Assembly (NCBI GenBank): GCA_937625935.1 | Contig: OW569369.1 | Coordinates: 310,001-374,000 of the forward strand | Origin: Tetramitus jugosus | Lineage: Eukaryota; Protista; Heterolobosea | Direction of reading: 5' to 3' | DNA: 64,000 bases | In this document: positions 1 to 13,218 of the stretch, piece by piece | How positions within the stretch are numbered: the stretch's first letter is position 1 | How the letters are laid out: each line of letters begins with the position of its first letter | Position numbers and translations under genes: made by a program | Notes under the pieces: generated by a model | The model's database searches: none | What the model was told of the DNA's origin: nothing | Seen by the model: the letters and a program-made list of their open reading frames with translations, nothing else

Positions 1-334
1 CATTTCCTCCAGTCATCATCATCATCATTGTGCTACCACCACCACCACTACTGCTGCTGGTGCTGCTAGTATTATTGTTGGTATTGTCAGTAGAGATTGT
101 TCCCATTTGAATCCGAACAAAATAATCACAGTGACCCACGACATTGCCAATGAGACCACTGGCAGAAATTTCAGTGCCGGCCAAAGAGGAGGAAAAGGGA
201 AGTAAATTTCGGCCTTCAATCACATTGATGAGAACAGATGCAGCTATTTTTCTCTTGTAACGACGAGGGATATTGTACAATGAAGCCGAGGAAGGTGTCA
301 GTCTGTATGACTGGATGTGTTCTTCGAGTGACAT
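1..334 (-). CDS. 5' part of a gene running off the left edge; probable C2-domain protein
   Basis: Not in the ORF track because it has no stop in the window. ATG at 334 opens MSLEEHIQSY...ASVLINVIEGRNLLP...HCDYFVRIQMG, open to base 1. VIEGRNL...D-YFVRI resembles C2 strands 1-2. Confidence 0.55.
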   Translation of the reverse strand, partial: MSLEEHIQSYRLTPSSASLYNIPRRYKRKIAASVLINVIEGRNLLPFSSSLAGTEISASGLIGNVVGHCDYFVRIQMGTISTDNTNNNTSSTSSSSGGGGSTMMMMMTGGN

Positions 335-524
335 GTTTGTTTTGGTTTTTTTGTTCTGACAGCCAAAACAAAACCAAAAAATCTCCGATGAGAATTCTTT
401 TCGCTGTTGAAATCGAATTTCGAAACCAAGAACCGAAACCAAGCAACCCCAACAGCACGGAAGCTAGTACAAAAAATTGTGTATTTTTATAAATATAAGG
501 AATTTATGTGAAATTTTGATATCT

Positions 525-596
525 GGCCTAATAGCACAGCGGTAGTGCACCAGTCTTGTAAACTGGGGGTCCCGAGTTCGATTCTCGGTTGGGCCT
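525..596 (+). tRNA. tRNA-Thr(TGT)
   Basis: Cloverleaf: acceptor GGCCTAA/TTGGGCC, D-stem GCAC/GTGC, anticodon arm CCAGT-CT TGT AA-ACTGG, T-arm CCGAG-TTCGATT-CTCGG; TTTT follows. Confidence 0.97.
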
Positions 597-802
597 CAGC
601 TTTTGCTATTTTGCTCTGAGATTGATCCTATTCTTTCTCTTGGAAATTCCGAACCGTGAGAAAAAATTTGACATACAGCAACAACAAAAAAAAATCAGAG
701 ATCTCAACAAACTCAAACAACCACAACAACCAACTTCCACTTTTCCCAAATTCCCCACCCACACTTTTCTACCCAAACAACAACAATAATTCATCATCAA
801 TC

Positions 803-2001
803 ATGTTAATGAAAAAGGGTCTGCATGGCCTATGGGCAAGATCTCACCAAAAATCATCCTCACTGTTCACACAACACAATCATCAACAACATCCATCATC
901 ATTGATGACCATGAAGAATGCTACAACTCTACAACAACAATCCCTGTTTTCCACTCATGTGATATACAGACAATCTCAACAACAACAACAAGAACAACAA
1001 CAACAACAACAGCCAGCACTCAGCATGACACCACCAAAGCTCATTGTACTTGTAGGACCACCCGTATGTATTTGAGATCTCAAAACACTGCAAAAAAAAA
1101 GTCTTCGTTGTATAGATAATAACACTAAAATTTTTCTTTTTTTTTTACATTTCTCTCATGAAATAAATTCATCATATATCATCATCGGATCAAAAAAAAA
1201 TATATGTGTCTGTGTTTGTGTTTGTGTGGTGAGTAGGCATCAGGAAAAGGAACACAAACTAGATTACTCGTCAATCGTCATCCATCTGAAATTAAGATTG
1301 TTTCTGCAGAGGACACATTGCGTGAGGCCGCAAAGAATGATCAAGAGTTGAGTGAATTGTTGAGAAAGGGTGAATTGGCACCCAATGAACTCACTGATCA
1401 ATTGCTTCAACAATGTATTATTCAACAATCAGCATCAACAACAACAAGTAGTAGCAGTAGCAGTAGTGGTAGTAGTGAAAAAAATGAAGCCAATGTCGAC
1501 AATAAGAATGAAAATGAGGAAAAGAGTGGTGATCAAAACAAGCGAGTCATCATATTGGAAGGCTATCCAAGAGATGTCGAACAGGCCAAGCGATTCCTGT
1601 CATGGTTCAGCGACAAGAAATTGAGTGTGAGAAAATCACACGTCTTCATTTTGCATCTGCTCAGTGACAGAGAGAACATTATGAAGAGACTACAGGGAAG
1701 ATTGATTCATGCCAACAGTGGACGTCCCTATCATGTGACATTTAATCCACCGCATGAGGAGATGAAGGATGATGTGACTGGTGAGGCGTTGATGAGAAGA
1801 GAGGACGATCAGGACAAGAATGCCATTTTGAAGCGATTGGCCCTCTACAGAGAAGAAACATTGCCCATGATTGATTTTTTGGCAGAGCACGAGTTTGATG
1901 TGACTGATATCGTACAGGGAGAAGACGATATTATGCAAGTGTCGGAACGTATTGAACAGATTTTGAGAGAGAAGGGCGTGTTGTCTCCTGGCAGTAGTTG
2001 A
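803..2001 (+). CDS. ADK: Adenylate kinase (long/LID type), probable mitochondrial presequence; 2 exons (803-1063, 1237-2001)
   Basis: Splicing a GTATGT...TAG intron (1064-1236) restores the P-loop GPPASGKGTQ. Also LEGYPR, LID RLIHANSGRPYHVTFNPP and RREDD. Confidence 0.9.
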
Positions 2002-2247
2002 ATTTCTACTGCATTTGCACCACACACGAAACAGATTCAATGTGTGTTGAAATTATCAAGTCATACATACCCTCCTTACAATAACCAAAATAAAACGTAG
2101 CTCGAGCTTTCCAATCAAATCATCATCGTATTATCCTGTTATCCAAAAAACCGTAGAGCTCCGAAAAAGTTGTTCCGTAGTTGCATTCTCCGATCGAAAC
2201 CAATATTTTGTTTCTCCACCAAAAGCACAAAACCAACAAATTTCAAC

Positions 2248-3777
2248 ATGCACAAGGCACTTTTGTCTTCATCATCACCCATGAATGCTCGTCATGCACT
2301 CTTGACCACCAATGGTACCACCACCAAAATGATGAGAAGCCTGCCCTCCACCTCTTCTCTTCTATTCTCTGCATCACTTGCAAAGCACAACATCAACAAC
2401 AAGAATCATGGAGGAAACTTGAATGCACAACATTTCCATTTCTTTCATACGAGTGCTCGATCCATGTTGAACAATCATAATCATAATAATAATAAGATTA
2501 GTAATAGTCTAACGATGGTTAAACAACATTGTTCTTTTCACACGAGTCACATTCATCGCAATGACAACATTATTCGACAACAGGAAAACCCACAACCACA
2601 ACCACCACCACAACAACAACAGGAAAATCAGACGATAGAAGAAACAGTAGACAACGTTGTTGATGAAGTAGATGAAGACTCAAAAAAACAATCATTGATT
2701 CGATCCAAGCTCAAGGCCTATTCCGAGTTGATGAGACTGGACAAACCCATTGGTACTTATTTACTGCTGTATCCTTGCTTGTGGAGCATGGCATTTGCCG
2801 ATACTTTTTCCTTAATTCCCGATCCCGCCACTGCCATTGCTTTTTCTATTGGCGCGCTCGTCATGAGAGGTGCCGGTTGTACTGTAAATGATATTTGGGA
2901 TCGAAAAATTGATGCACAAGTGGAGAGAACAAGGGACAGACCGATTGCAAGTGGTCGTGTCTCTGTTCCCGAGGCAATTGCATTCCTGGGAGCTCAATTG
3001 TCTGTTGGAGCTTGGATTCTGTTTTCTCAGTTCAATGTGGAGACCATTTTGGCATGTACTGGTTCATTGGCACTCGTGGCACTGTATCCGCTCATGAAAC
3101 GTATCACTAATTGGCCTCAAGCGTTCCTGGGATTGACATTTAACTGGGGAGCTCTCGTTGGTTTCTTGGCCATCTCTGGGGCCACCTTCTATAATCCAAT
3201 GGTCACAGTACCATTGTACTTGGCTGGAGTGTCATGGACATTGGTTTATGACACGATTTATGCGCATCAGGACAAGGCGGATGATCGGACTGTAGGTGTC
3301 AAATCAACAGCTCTTCACTTTGGTGATGGAAAGCGAGGTAGAATGATCTTGACAGCGTTTGCAGTGTTGTTTGGTCTGTTGATGATTGTTGCGGGATATG
3401 TGGGAGCTCGATTCGATCCAATTGATCAAATGTCATACTATTTGGCTGTCTTGTTGAGTACGGCATTCTTGTTGAACATGATCCATACGGTTGATTTGAA
3501 CAATGCAGCCCAGTGTGGTCAAAAGTTTAGAGCCAATCGATTTGTCGGTCTAGTCATTTTGTTTGGTATTATTGGAGCGAATTTTTCAAAGAGAGTCCAG
3601 GCCATGAGATTTGAAAGGGAGAGAGAAGCGTTGATCAAGCAAGGTTACGATCCACAATTAGTTCCTGTCGATGAAGAACTAAAGACTGCCTCACAAATGT
3701 ACAAACAATTGGACGAGAGCAAGAAGATGAGCATTTCTGAAAAGTTGACTCTGGCATGGAAGAAGCTTGGTTTCTAA
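2248..3777 (+). CDS. COQ2: 4-hydroxybenzoate polyprenyltransferase, mitochondrial
   Basis: UbiA motifs RLDKPIGTYLL, NDIWDRKID and YDTIYAHQDKADD; long transit-like N-terminus; first ATG at 2248. Confidence 0.95.
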   Translation: MHKALLSSSSPMNARHALLTTNGTTTKMMRSLPSTSSLLFSASLAKHNINNKNHGGNLNAQHFHFFHTSARSMLNNHNHNNNKISNSLTMVKQHCSFHTSHIHRNDNIIRQQENPQPQPPPQQQQENQTIEETVDNVVDEVDEDSKKQSLIRSKLKAYSELMRLDKPIGTYLLLYPCLWSMAFADTFSLIPDPATAIAFSIGALVMRGAGCTVNDIWDRKIDAQVERTRDRPIASGRVSVPEAIAFLGAQLSVGAWILFSQFNVETILACTGSLALVALYPLMKRITNWPQAFLGLTFNWGALVGFLAISGATFYNPMVTVPLYLAGVSWTLVYDTIYAHQDKADDRTVGVKSTALHFGDGKRGRMILTAFAVLFGLLMIVAGYVGARFDPIDQMSYYLAVLLSTAFLLNMIHTVDLNNAAQCGQKFRANRFVGLVILFGIIGANFSKRVQAMRFEREREALIKQGYDPQLVPVDEELKTASQMYKQLDESKKMSISEKLTLAWKKLGF

Positions 3778-4052
3778 TTCAATTTTAAGGACGCGGGTGG
3801 GATACAACGATCATTAAAAGGTGTTTCAATACTTTAAATCGAATTCATTCAAAAATTTTAATACAATGTTGACTGATACAAAGATATTCTTCTCTGCTCC
3901 AATCTCAAACTGCCAGGTGAGGTACACTTAGATCTGCAAATAACTCTAGACATCGGATCCTTATAGGTATGTCTGCTCTTCCTCCAAAACCTGAACAACA
4001 AGCGCTTCGATCGATTGATCCTGATTTTTTTTTGTTTGTTGTTCTCCATGGA

Positions 4053-4499
4053 TTAATAGTGACCTCCACCAGCGCCACGGCCTCCTCTTCCACCACCTCT
4101 ACTGCCTCTTCCACCACCACCACCACCACCTCCACCTCTTCCTCTACCAACACCAAATCCCATTCCTCTGCCTCTACCAGTGCTCGTTATCGTACCATAA
4201 CCTCTTCCACTGCCCTTTGTAGCAGCAGATTGAGCATCCAATGTTTTGAACATGGGCGCATTTTTCAACATATCAGGCAAGATGAAATATCGAATTTTGC
4301 TTCCTCTGAGAAACGCAGTCTCCATCACTACTTGTTGACCATCTCTCTGAGTGAGAGTGACGTTGGTCAATTGACAGTTCATGTTGTCTTCAGAGTCTAG
4401 GAGGTAACCTCTGTACATTTCACCAGTTTTGGTTTCAATGGTGACCAAGTGGCCCTCTGCTTCGTGCAACAGCTTGATCGGTATGCCTATGGAGGACAT
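4053..4499 (-). CDS. SNRPD3: Small nuclear ribonucleoprotein Sm D3
   Basis: [17 protein letters not shown]...EDNMNCQL...[20 protein letters not shown] with an RG-rich tail. Confidence 0.96.
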   Translation of the reverse strand: MSSIGIPIKLLHEAEGHLVTIETKTGEMYRGYLLDSEDNMNCQLTNVTLTQRDGQQVVMETAFLRGSKIRYFILPDMLKNAPMFKTLDAQSAATKGSGRGYGTITSTGRGRGMGFGVGRGRGGGGGGGGGRGSRGGGRGGRGAGGGHY

Positions 4500-4799
4500 T
4501 TTTTTTGCCTGTGTGTTGATTTGTGTTGTTGTGATTGCCGCACGCAAAGTTTTTTTTGGTTGAATCGGAGTTTTTTGAAACGCATGGATGCGTTCTGTAA
4601 ATGGACATGACTGCCAAAAGCGTTTTTCTGTTTACAGTTAAGATGCTTACCTCACTCCATTCCAAACGGGACATTGAGGCAAGGATTATCTAATTGGAGG
4701 ATCGCAGTACTGGTAGCGATTGACACAGCTTGTAAAAACGACAAAGCACTCAACCTGGACTGCACACACCAACATATTCTCCAACTAATAATTCTTACA

Positions 4800-7700
4800 A
4801 TGACCCAAGCAGTTCTGAATCAGAGTAGTCATGTTAACTTCCGTAGAGACAGTGGGGGAATTGGAACAGAGAGCGATAACAATAATTCTCGCGTTAGTTT
4901 CGATATGGACTCCACGATCCAGTCTGATACCAGTGCTGGACTCTCAGGAAATATTCTCTTTGGTTCTCGGAGTGCTCTCTTTTCTTTCCTGGATGCCTTG
5001 AAGACAAAGCCAAACAAGTACATGTACTACATGTACTACTGTGTGCTCATGATATCTTCCCTGCCGTTGGTATGCATCAATTTTTCAATTATTGAATTAT
5101 TGCAATAGTTTATTGACACTATATTGGTATTTTATGCAGGCGATACCTCCAGATTTGCCTTGGGGAAAAATCATGTCTCAGGTCATGAGTGGAATTCATG
5201 TAATCTCGACTTTCGGACTCCAGTATTCAAATCCATTGACATTCAAGATTCTTATTGCTTTGTTTTTCTCCATCTATATCATTTTGTTTGGGTTGGGGAT
5301 CATAGCGATACGATTGTTCACAACAGGTTCCTCGAACTTCAACAGACTCAAGTCCATCCTCCATATTGCTCTCCTTGTGGTCTCAATGTTTTCTATACAA
5401 CTCACTTATGTTTACTCCTCATTTCTGGTCTGTGATTATCGAGGATATTCGGATCAGCCAAAGTTCAACAACCAGAATTGTTTGTCATCCAAGAATGTTG
5501 TTTGGGTGGTCTTGGGAATTATTTGTATTGTGAGCCATTTTCTAATTTCGAGTGTATGCACGTACACTCTCACCGTAGTGAGTCCAAGAGATTCGTTCTT
5601 CAGTATGGATACATTTACCTTTAATTTCTATAGCCAAACATTTTGGATTGTATTCTCCATCCTAAGAGTGGTTACTAGTCATTTTGTGTGGTTAAGACCC
5701 CTACTCATGATGATTCAATCATTGATATCTCTATTGATAATCCTGATCATGGTTCCTTTCTTCCATAAGCGAGCCAATAGTCTTGAATTTGGGTTGACCT
5801 TAGGCAGATTTTTAGTATGTTGAGGGAGCTCTTTCAACTTGTCCAATTTGATCCGAAATATGATTAACACTACTTATAGATGTGTCTGGTGAGTTTAGTA
5901 CTATCCTTTATAAATGAAGATTCAGTTGATAGAATTGCAGGAATAGCGACAGGATCAGTGGCCATAGGATCTATGTTGGGAGGCTTCATCTTTGGAATTG
6001 CGTGTATGGAAGTGTATATGTGGGTGATTTGCAAACGAGGGCTCCTATATGAAGAAAAGATCAGACATCATGAAGCAAGAACTGTGAGTTCCTTTATTGT
6101 GGATATTTTTGTTCGCTTGTCTATGGCATCCACAATGGAAGATGTTGTAAGAGCTGAAAAACTGTGCAAGTTGTGCTCATTGCATGGATTTGAGAGCTCT
6201 TACTGTTTTTATAACCAGGCATTGATTAATGGGTACATCAAGAAAGATGCACCAGTGTTGAGTACAAAATTGTTGAAGAAAGCTCTAGCTTGTAGACCAA
6301 GTTACTTCCGTCACTTTTTCATTCTTTGTCGTTACAGTGATCTGGAAATGGAAATTGGGATCGATAGTGATATCAACAAGATTTTCAAAATGATTATGAG
6401 CGGAAAGCAAAAACAGAAGGAGTACTTTGATTCCGTTATTGAATTTTGGCAGTTATTGGTAGAGAAGAAAATTGACTCGGCAAAGTTGAATCAGATTAGT
6501 GAGCACTTGGAAGCCTGCTCTACTAGTCTTGAGCGAATATATACGAACATGTTTGAACAGTGGGGAAATAGACCAGATGTAGTTCGAAGTTATGCTGACT
6601 ACATGGAAAATATTAAGTGGGACAAATTCTTAGCTGGGATGTATCGAGAGGATGCCGAAGACTTGGAGAATCATTCACAGCGCTTGCAGAGAATCAAACA
6701 ATCAGCATTCTTGAAAAATATCAAGGGAAACAGTGTAGTACCTGTTCATGAAGACCAAAAAGAGGATTGTAAGATTTCACATATTCAAGAGACGAAAGAT
6801 ATGTCCACAATTAACATTACTCCTGTTCAACAAGATATGGTCCTTCAAGATTTCGAATTGGATAGCGATGAGGAGCTAGATAGTGCTGCAAACCTTACTC
6901 AGAAGATGACATCAAAAGAGATATTAAGACAGTTGATTCTTACGATGAAACCTCAGAGAACTTTGAGATTGATTCTAGTCAGCTTTACAATCGTGATTAT
7001 ACTGTTTTTACTCTCTATTTTACTGCTTAATATCAAGGGCTTAGGATCTGGATTCACTACTGCATTGATCAATGGATGTAATATGCAAGTTGTATCGTAT
7101 AACATCCTAAATAGTTGGCGATCAAGTCAATTCAATACTCTATTCGACAATTACACCCATTTAGGGAATATGACATACAACATGGTGTTACCTTCTATTA
7201 GCAGACAATCGGATTTATTGTCAGAATACTTAAGAGAGGGATTATATTCCACTTTTTCAACTAGCAATGCGAGAAAGCATATTCTTGTTGGGCTTGAATA
7301 TCCTGTTGCCATTCCACTAGTCAATGGCCATAATATCACTTCTTACTCTATTAATGCAACGATTTACGATGTCGGTAAGTAATATTAGCACATTGCATTC
7401 ACTGCAAACTCAATCTAATCGTTTCCTCTCATATCTCCTACAGTCAGGTCATACCGAGAAGCAGTTAGTACCCTCACGCGAGCTAATCTGTTGAGTACTG
7501 TGGATTCTTATAGTTTCTTATTTTTCTGGTTGAACAGAAGAACCTTATCAGATAATTTAACTACATACTGTCAAGTATTCTATGATGGTATGAATGCTGT
7601 TGTTTCCGTTCTTGTGGACTAGTGATAGTGACACCTTTTTTGAAATAACAGAGTACATATTCAATGAAGCTATCCAGAAGAAGATATTTGGATGGATCTT

Positions 7701-10096
7701 GGGTGTTGTTGGAGCTTTCAACATTTCCTATCTTCCCTTAATATTTTTTCCTTGCTTGATATACTTTCTCCGAGAACGTCGAAGAGTCCTGCTTTTGTTT
7801 GGAACTATTCCAAAGAATGTAGTCGGTGGAGTAGTTCATAGATTAAAGGAGTCATGTTTAAGGGAAGAGAATCGCTCACCTCGTAAGAAACAAACATATT
7901 TGACCCCAAAATTCAAACTTGGTTGCTTGTATGAAATCTTAAATCTACTTCTCTCTTTGTAACGTGTACATACTAAAATGATTTTATTCGTAGAATTTTA
8001 ATTGCTCTCATGATCGAAGGGGTGTGCATCTTTCTTTGTATTTACGATTCATCTCTCAGAATTTTCAACAACAACGGTACCACGGAACTCGTTTTGCACA
8101 CTGGCTTTGTCAGTAAATCTGTGAACCAAGTGACTTTTGCTGTTCGAGAATTGGTGTTTGCTCAATACTTCCCGTTGTTGGATTACAAGTTTCCTGTAGA
8201 AGAAGTAGTCCGAATAGCGAATGATGGTAAAAAGAGTTGGGATATTCTACGATTCGGTGTGGGAACAAAGAGTGGAGAGGGATTCATCGGGTTTGATAAA
8301 ACTATTGATAACTTGATTACAGATGATATCTGTCTCCCCCATTTGTTGAGTGCATTGGACCAAAAGAAATTCTATTGCAGGAGTTTGAATTTCTTGTTGG
8401 AATCAGCTATTGTTAGAGGGACAAGTTTGATTTTCAATTACAAACAGATGAGCTTGGAAGAACAACTTAGTGAATTTAATGATTTGGAAGCGATCGCGAG
8501 AGCATTTACTACAAAATTGGTATGTGTTTCACTCAATTGTTGTGCATCACAAGATTACTGCATACGGATATTGGTTGACTTAACAATCTTCTTGAGAATA
8601 GGATCGTGTCACATCATTGTTCGCGAAGAAGTCAGATGAAACAGCTGGTCTCTTATTTCCTATCGAGTATATTTATCTCATTGCGTTTGTAATTTTGCTA
8701 GTTCTGATAGTATTGATGAATTCTGCCATCAATCATGAAAGGAGAATTAATCATGAGATTCGAAAGCTGCTATACTTTTTGCCTGAGGAGGATATACTTG
8801 GCTTGCCTGAAGTATCGAACTTTATCAATACATATTCGTTCCTTGCGAAGCGTAGGGTGGTATTAGACGAAACTGATAAGACCAAGGCAATCTTAGACGG
8901 ATCTACCGATGGTGTAATTATTTGTGATGCTAATGGTGTTATAACAGAGGCAAACTCCGCAGTTAAGACACTATTCCAGCTATCTGACGTAGATATTATT
9001 GGAGCCAGTGTATCGACCTTGTTCCGAGATAGCGATGTTTTACTTGCAATCAAGGAGTTAGTGAAGTGTGGTAAGGGGCTTAATAGAGAATACAACGCCG
9101 TTAGTAAGAAAACAGGCGAATTTCCTTCGAAGGTATCGATGAGCACAGGTTTATGGGGTACTCAACAAGTGGTTGCATTATTTATCAGAGACTGTACCAT
9201 CGAAAACAAGCAAACCCAACTCATTAACCAAGAGAAGAAAAACAGTGAGAACTTGTTGCTCAACATTCTTCCTGCTCCAGTGGCTATGAGACTAAAGAGG
9301 GGAGATAGCAATATTTCTGAGAATGTTGATGACGCCACATGCTTCTTTAGTGATATGGTTGGTTTTACGAAGTTAAGCAGCACAATGGTTGCTTCAGAGC
9401 TGGTAGAACTATTGAATGATATCGTAAATACATTCGATGACTTGTGCCTTGAGCACGAACTGGAAAAGATCAAAACAATTGGGGATGCCTATTGTAAGTA
9501 ACACTTCATCCAATCAATTTTTCTTTTTGCTCTAGTTCTGACAAGAATTGATAGTTGCTGTGGGTGGTCTCTCTGGAGCATCCAATCACACAGAGAGAGT
9601 GATTCGATTTGCCCTCGATGCCATCAAGTCTCTTGATAAGTTTCAGGGTAAGATCCAAATCCGGTGCGGTTGTCACACGGGTCCACTCGTGTGTGGAGTG
9701 ATTGGGAAATCAAAGTTTGCTTTTGATGTCTGGGGTGATACTGTCAATATTGCTTCTCGAATGGAATCCACAGGTCTACCCGGTAAAGTGCAATGCAGTC
9801 GCTCTGCGTACGAGAGAACTCACGATGTTTTCCATTTCGAGGAACGTTATGGCATTTATGTGAAGGGAGTGGGAGAAATGACGTGCTACATTGTTACGGC
9901 TCCCAAGCATACATCTCACGATAGTCAACGCAGAGGAAGTATGTCCAGTTGCAACAGTCGGGAAGCCCCCAGATCCAATTTGCTCTTTGAAGATCTCGGT
10001 GGGACAACGATGGAAGAGCTCCAAGATCCCAATTCGAGTTCGAACTTTCCTTCTCTGACAGAAGAAACATTGCTTCAACACCAGCAGAACCAATAA
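4800..10096 (+). CDS. Multi-exon membrane adenylate cyclase with N-terminal TM/TmcB-like helical region and a PAS domain
   Basis: Same-strand ORFs joined by about 7 GT-AG introns (e.g. 5070-5139, 5815-5879, 8520-8601, 9495-9554). PAS-like ILDGSTDGVIICDANGVI. Class III cyclase FFSDMVGFT, KIKTIGDAY, FDVWGDTVNIASRMES; the Lys/Asp pair indicates ATP specificity. Confidence 0.88.
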
Positions 10097-10115
10097 AGAA
10101 AACAGAAATAACATT

Positions 10116-13031
10116 TTATAGCATGCCATCCAAGAGTTGCAATGCCAAGTCTTCGTCCGATGCGATCTTTGGAGTTGTCTTGACTTTTTTGGTAGAAGGA
10201 CCATCAGTCCTCTTGAGCTCCTTGGAGCTTCTCATTAAATCATCAAAGGAACGCTTTGCATGCTTCTTCTTTTCTTCGATCATTTGCTGTGTCTCTGCTT
10301 GTTGTTTCCGTAGCTCCTGTTGCTTCTTTGTGTTGCTCACTGTCTTCTTGAGTTGTCGCTTAAACACTTCCTCAAATTTAGTGTCTTTGCCATCGTCATC
10401 GCTCTCAGTGTCGTCATCATGGTCAGACACTGCGGATTCATCCTCTCCAAACTCATCCAACATTTGCTTGTATGGATTATTGTCAACTTCAATTTCAACA
10501 TCTCCCTCATCGCCAAGTGCTACTCTGCTTGAAATGCTCTTATCAATTATCTCCTTATCTCTGCCAGATTCAATGTCTTCAATTGCCTTCTTCATTCTTT
10601 CCACTTCTTGCTCCTCTTCTCTTTGCTTCTTTCTCTTCTCTCTCAACAAGTTCCTCTGTGTGAGCTTATCCTCGACTTCTGCCTCTTTCAACTGATCAGA
10701 GATTGATCTGGCGTACTTGCTCTTTTGTTCAGCCAACTCTTGAGTGTTTTGTTGCTTGAGTTCTTTCACGAGCGCCTCAAATTTCGACATGGATTTCATT
10801 TCATTACTGTCCTTGTCTTTAGTGAAGAGTGTGTGCTTTGCGAACGCTTCATTCTTCAACAGCTTCTTCTTGTTAGGTCGTATGCTATACTTTAGCTCTT
10901 CTTCCTCCTCCTTTGTAAGCTCGTGATTCAATCTCTTGACTTGGAAAAAGTCTTCATCGCCATCATCGACGCCTTCGATTAACTTGTAATTATTCTGGCT
11001 GAACACTGCGGGCTTGCTACGATCAATGTAACGATCAACTTTTGACTTTCTCTTCTTTTTGTTCTTTTGTTCGTCCTCCAGAGACTCCTCGATCGACTCC
11101 AACTCTCCCTCAATGTCCAATTCATCAATATCTGAGTCACTGTCCGAATCGGAATCACTGTCAGAGTCCGAGTCGCTATCAGAATCAATGCTACTCGAAT
11201 CGGATCCGCTATCACTCTCGGTGGATTGCTTCTTGCTCTTCTTTTTGTTCTTTTGTAAATCTTGTTCAAGCAATAGAGCTTCAGCTTCATCATCATCATC
11301 TAAATCGCTGTCCAATCCGTCGAACATGGCCTCCTGAGCCTTCTTTGCCTGATCTGCCTCCTTTCCTACTAAATCCTTTGACTGCATTTGCACATTTGGT
11401 TTCTCTGCAAGACCCAGTCGTTGAGCAAACTCTTCCAATGGCAATTCCGTAACATTAAACTTGACGGCACTCAATCCCTTGCTCATATGCTTCACATATG
11501 ACTCAAAGTATTTCATAGCCAAGTATTTCAGCTTTCCATCATGAGACAGAATGGCAGACAATTGTTCCTTGATAGACACCATGTGCCTTGGATTGAGACT
11601 CATCTCCTTCACATCGTCAATCTTTGCCTTCTCCAACATGCTCAAGAATTCCTTCTCTTGTGGCATCACGAGTGACACACTTCTTCCATGAGCATTGTTT
11701 CTTGCTGTTCTACCAATTCTGTGAATGTACACAGCGGGAGAAATGGGCAGATCCAATTGGAAAACAAGATCAATGCGAGGGAAATCGAGACCACGAGCAG
11801 CAACATCTGTTGCAATCATGAGTGCAGAACGAGCGGCACAGAATGACTCGTATTGCTCACGACGAACGTTCTGACTCATACCACCAGAGAGACCAAACAC
11901 CTTGGTTCCAATGGCCATCTGACGGAGCACCTTGGTCAAGAACGAGACTTGTTTCATCGTAGAAACAAAGCAAATAATCTTGGACTTTAGATGCTTGTGC
12001 ACAAGTGAAAACAGGATATCAACCTTTTCATGCAATTGGCAATGAATGTACGTTTGAATCAACTGTTGCGGCACCACTTCTTGATCATGAACCGAAATGT
12101 ATTCCGTGTTGGATTTACTGAGACTCAAACGTGCCAAATCCTTGACCGATTTGGTCTGAGTGGCCGAGAACAGCAACGTTTGTCTTCCAGACGGCAAATT
12201 ATCAATAATGGCGTTCAACTCTCTTTCGAATCCCATCTCCAACAATCGATCTGCCTCGTCCAACACCAAAATTTGCAAATTGTTTGCACTGAAGCCTGGT
12301 GTTTGATCCATGTGCTGCAACAATCTACCCGTCGTTCCCACCAAGATATTCATTCCGACAATGACTCTAGCTTCTTCTTCAAAGTTCTTTGTGCCACCTA
12401 CAACGAGTCCTGCACTAAAATTATGATATTTTCCAATTAACCGCAACACTTCAAAGATTTGCATGCTCAATTCACGACTAGGTGACAATATGAGTGCACC
12501 CAATCCATCATAACGTGTCCATTTCCGCCTATACAACAATTCTAGCACTGGTAAAATGAATGCCAATGTTTTTCCTGATCCAGTCTTTGCTGCACCCAAC
12601 ACATCTCTCCCGCACAATGAATGCAACAATGAAACTTGTTGAATTTCAGTCATGGTGGTATAACCGGCTTTTTTAAGTGCGTATTTGGTTCGTTTTGACA
12701 TTGGTAATCCATCAAACAATGTGGATGCGGTCAATTGTTGTTGTTGTTGTTGTTGTTGATTATTTTCATCTTCACCAGCACCACCATTGTTGTTGTTGTT
12801 GTGATGATTCTTGTGCTTCATTGAATTTTTACTAAATGGATTGACACCTCTGGAAGGCATCATTTGTTTGATTTGTTCCTCTAGTTGCTCCACCTCTCGT
12901 ATCATTTTCGTGTCCAGTTTTTGGGTGGGCATTGGTTGATTGTTTTGTTCAATGTTGTGAAGCTTTTGAGCCTTTTCATAGTCCTTGTGACGTGTTTGTC
13001 TCTTTCGTTGTCGTTGTTTGTTGTTTCCCAT
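10116..13031 (-). CDS. DDX10: DEAD-box RNA helicase DDX10/Dbp4
   Basis: AKTGSGKT, DEAD, SAT and HRIGRTAR motifs; Dbp4-like context (LYRRKWTRYDGLGALI, SATQTKSVKDLARLSL); long acidic C-terminal tail. Confidence 0.92.
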   Translation of the reverse strand: MGNNKQRQRKRQTRHKDYEKAQKLHNIEQNNQPMPTQKLDTKMIREVEQLEEQIKQMMPSRGVNPFSKNSMKHKNHHNNNNNGGAGEDENNQQQQQQQQLTASTLFDGLPMSKRTKYALKKAGYTTMTEIQQVSLLHSLCGRDVLGAAKTGSGKTLAFILPVLELLYRRKWTRYDGLGALILSPSRELSMQIFEVLRLIGKYHNFSAGLVVGGTKNFEEEARVIVGMNILVGTTGRLLQHMDQTPGFSANNLQILVLDEADRLLEMGFERELNAIIDNLPSGRQTLLFSATQTKSVKDLARLSLSKSNTEYISVHDQEVVPQQLIQTYIHCQLHEKVDILFSLVHKHLKSKIICFVSTMKQVSFLTKVLRQMAIGTKVFGLSGGMSQNVRREQYESFCAARSALMIATDVAARGLDFPRIDLVFQLDLPISPAVYIHRIGRTARNNAHGRSVSLVMPQEKEFLSMLEKAKIDDVKEMSLNPRHMVSIKEQLSAILSHDGKLKYLAMKYFESYVKHMSKGLSAVKFNVTELPLEEFAQRLGLAEKPNVQMQSKDLVGKEADQAKKAQEAMFDGLDSDLDDDDEAEALLLEQDLQKNKKKSKKQSTESDSGSDSSSIDSDSDSDSDSDSDSDSDSDIDELDIEGELESIEESLEDEQKNKKKRKSKVDRYIDRSKPAVFSQNNYKLIEGVDDGDEDFFQVKRLNHELTKEEEEELKYSIRPNKKKLLKNEAFAKHTLFTKDKDSNEMKSMSKFEALVKELKQQNTQELAEQKSKYARSISDQLKEAEVEDKLTQRNLLREKRKKQREEEQEVERMKKAIEDIESGRDKEIIDKSISSRVALGDEGDVEIEVDNNPYKQMLDEFGEDESAVSDHDDDTESDDDGKDTKFEEVFKRQLKKTVSNTKKQQELRKQQAETQQMIEEKKKHAKRSFDDLMRSSKELKRTDGPSTKKVKTTPKIASDEDLALQLLDGML

Positions 13032-13218
13032 TGTTGTTGTTGATTATGTATAGATAAATGTATTGACTGTTGGCAACGTTGTGTTGAAAATTTGTTGTTG
13101 TGAAAAATTGGGAGTTCAGCAAAATGGAGGAAGGTTCAATTTTATAGGCGGGGAAACGACGAAAGAAGACTCAGTCGCGAGTGGATTTTGGTTGTCTGCA
13201 CGTAATTTTTTTATACAC

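Noticed and set aside
470-524. Retroelement upstream of tRNA-Thr (also checked for tRNA-Pro)
   Set aside because: None seen; only one of the three tRNA genes here is occupied.
4640-4660. ATGCTTACCT resembling the U1 snRNA 5' end
   Set aside because: No U1 loop motifs or Sm site follow.
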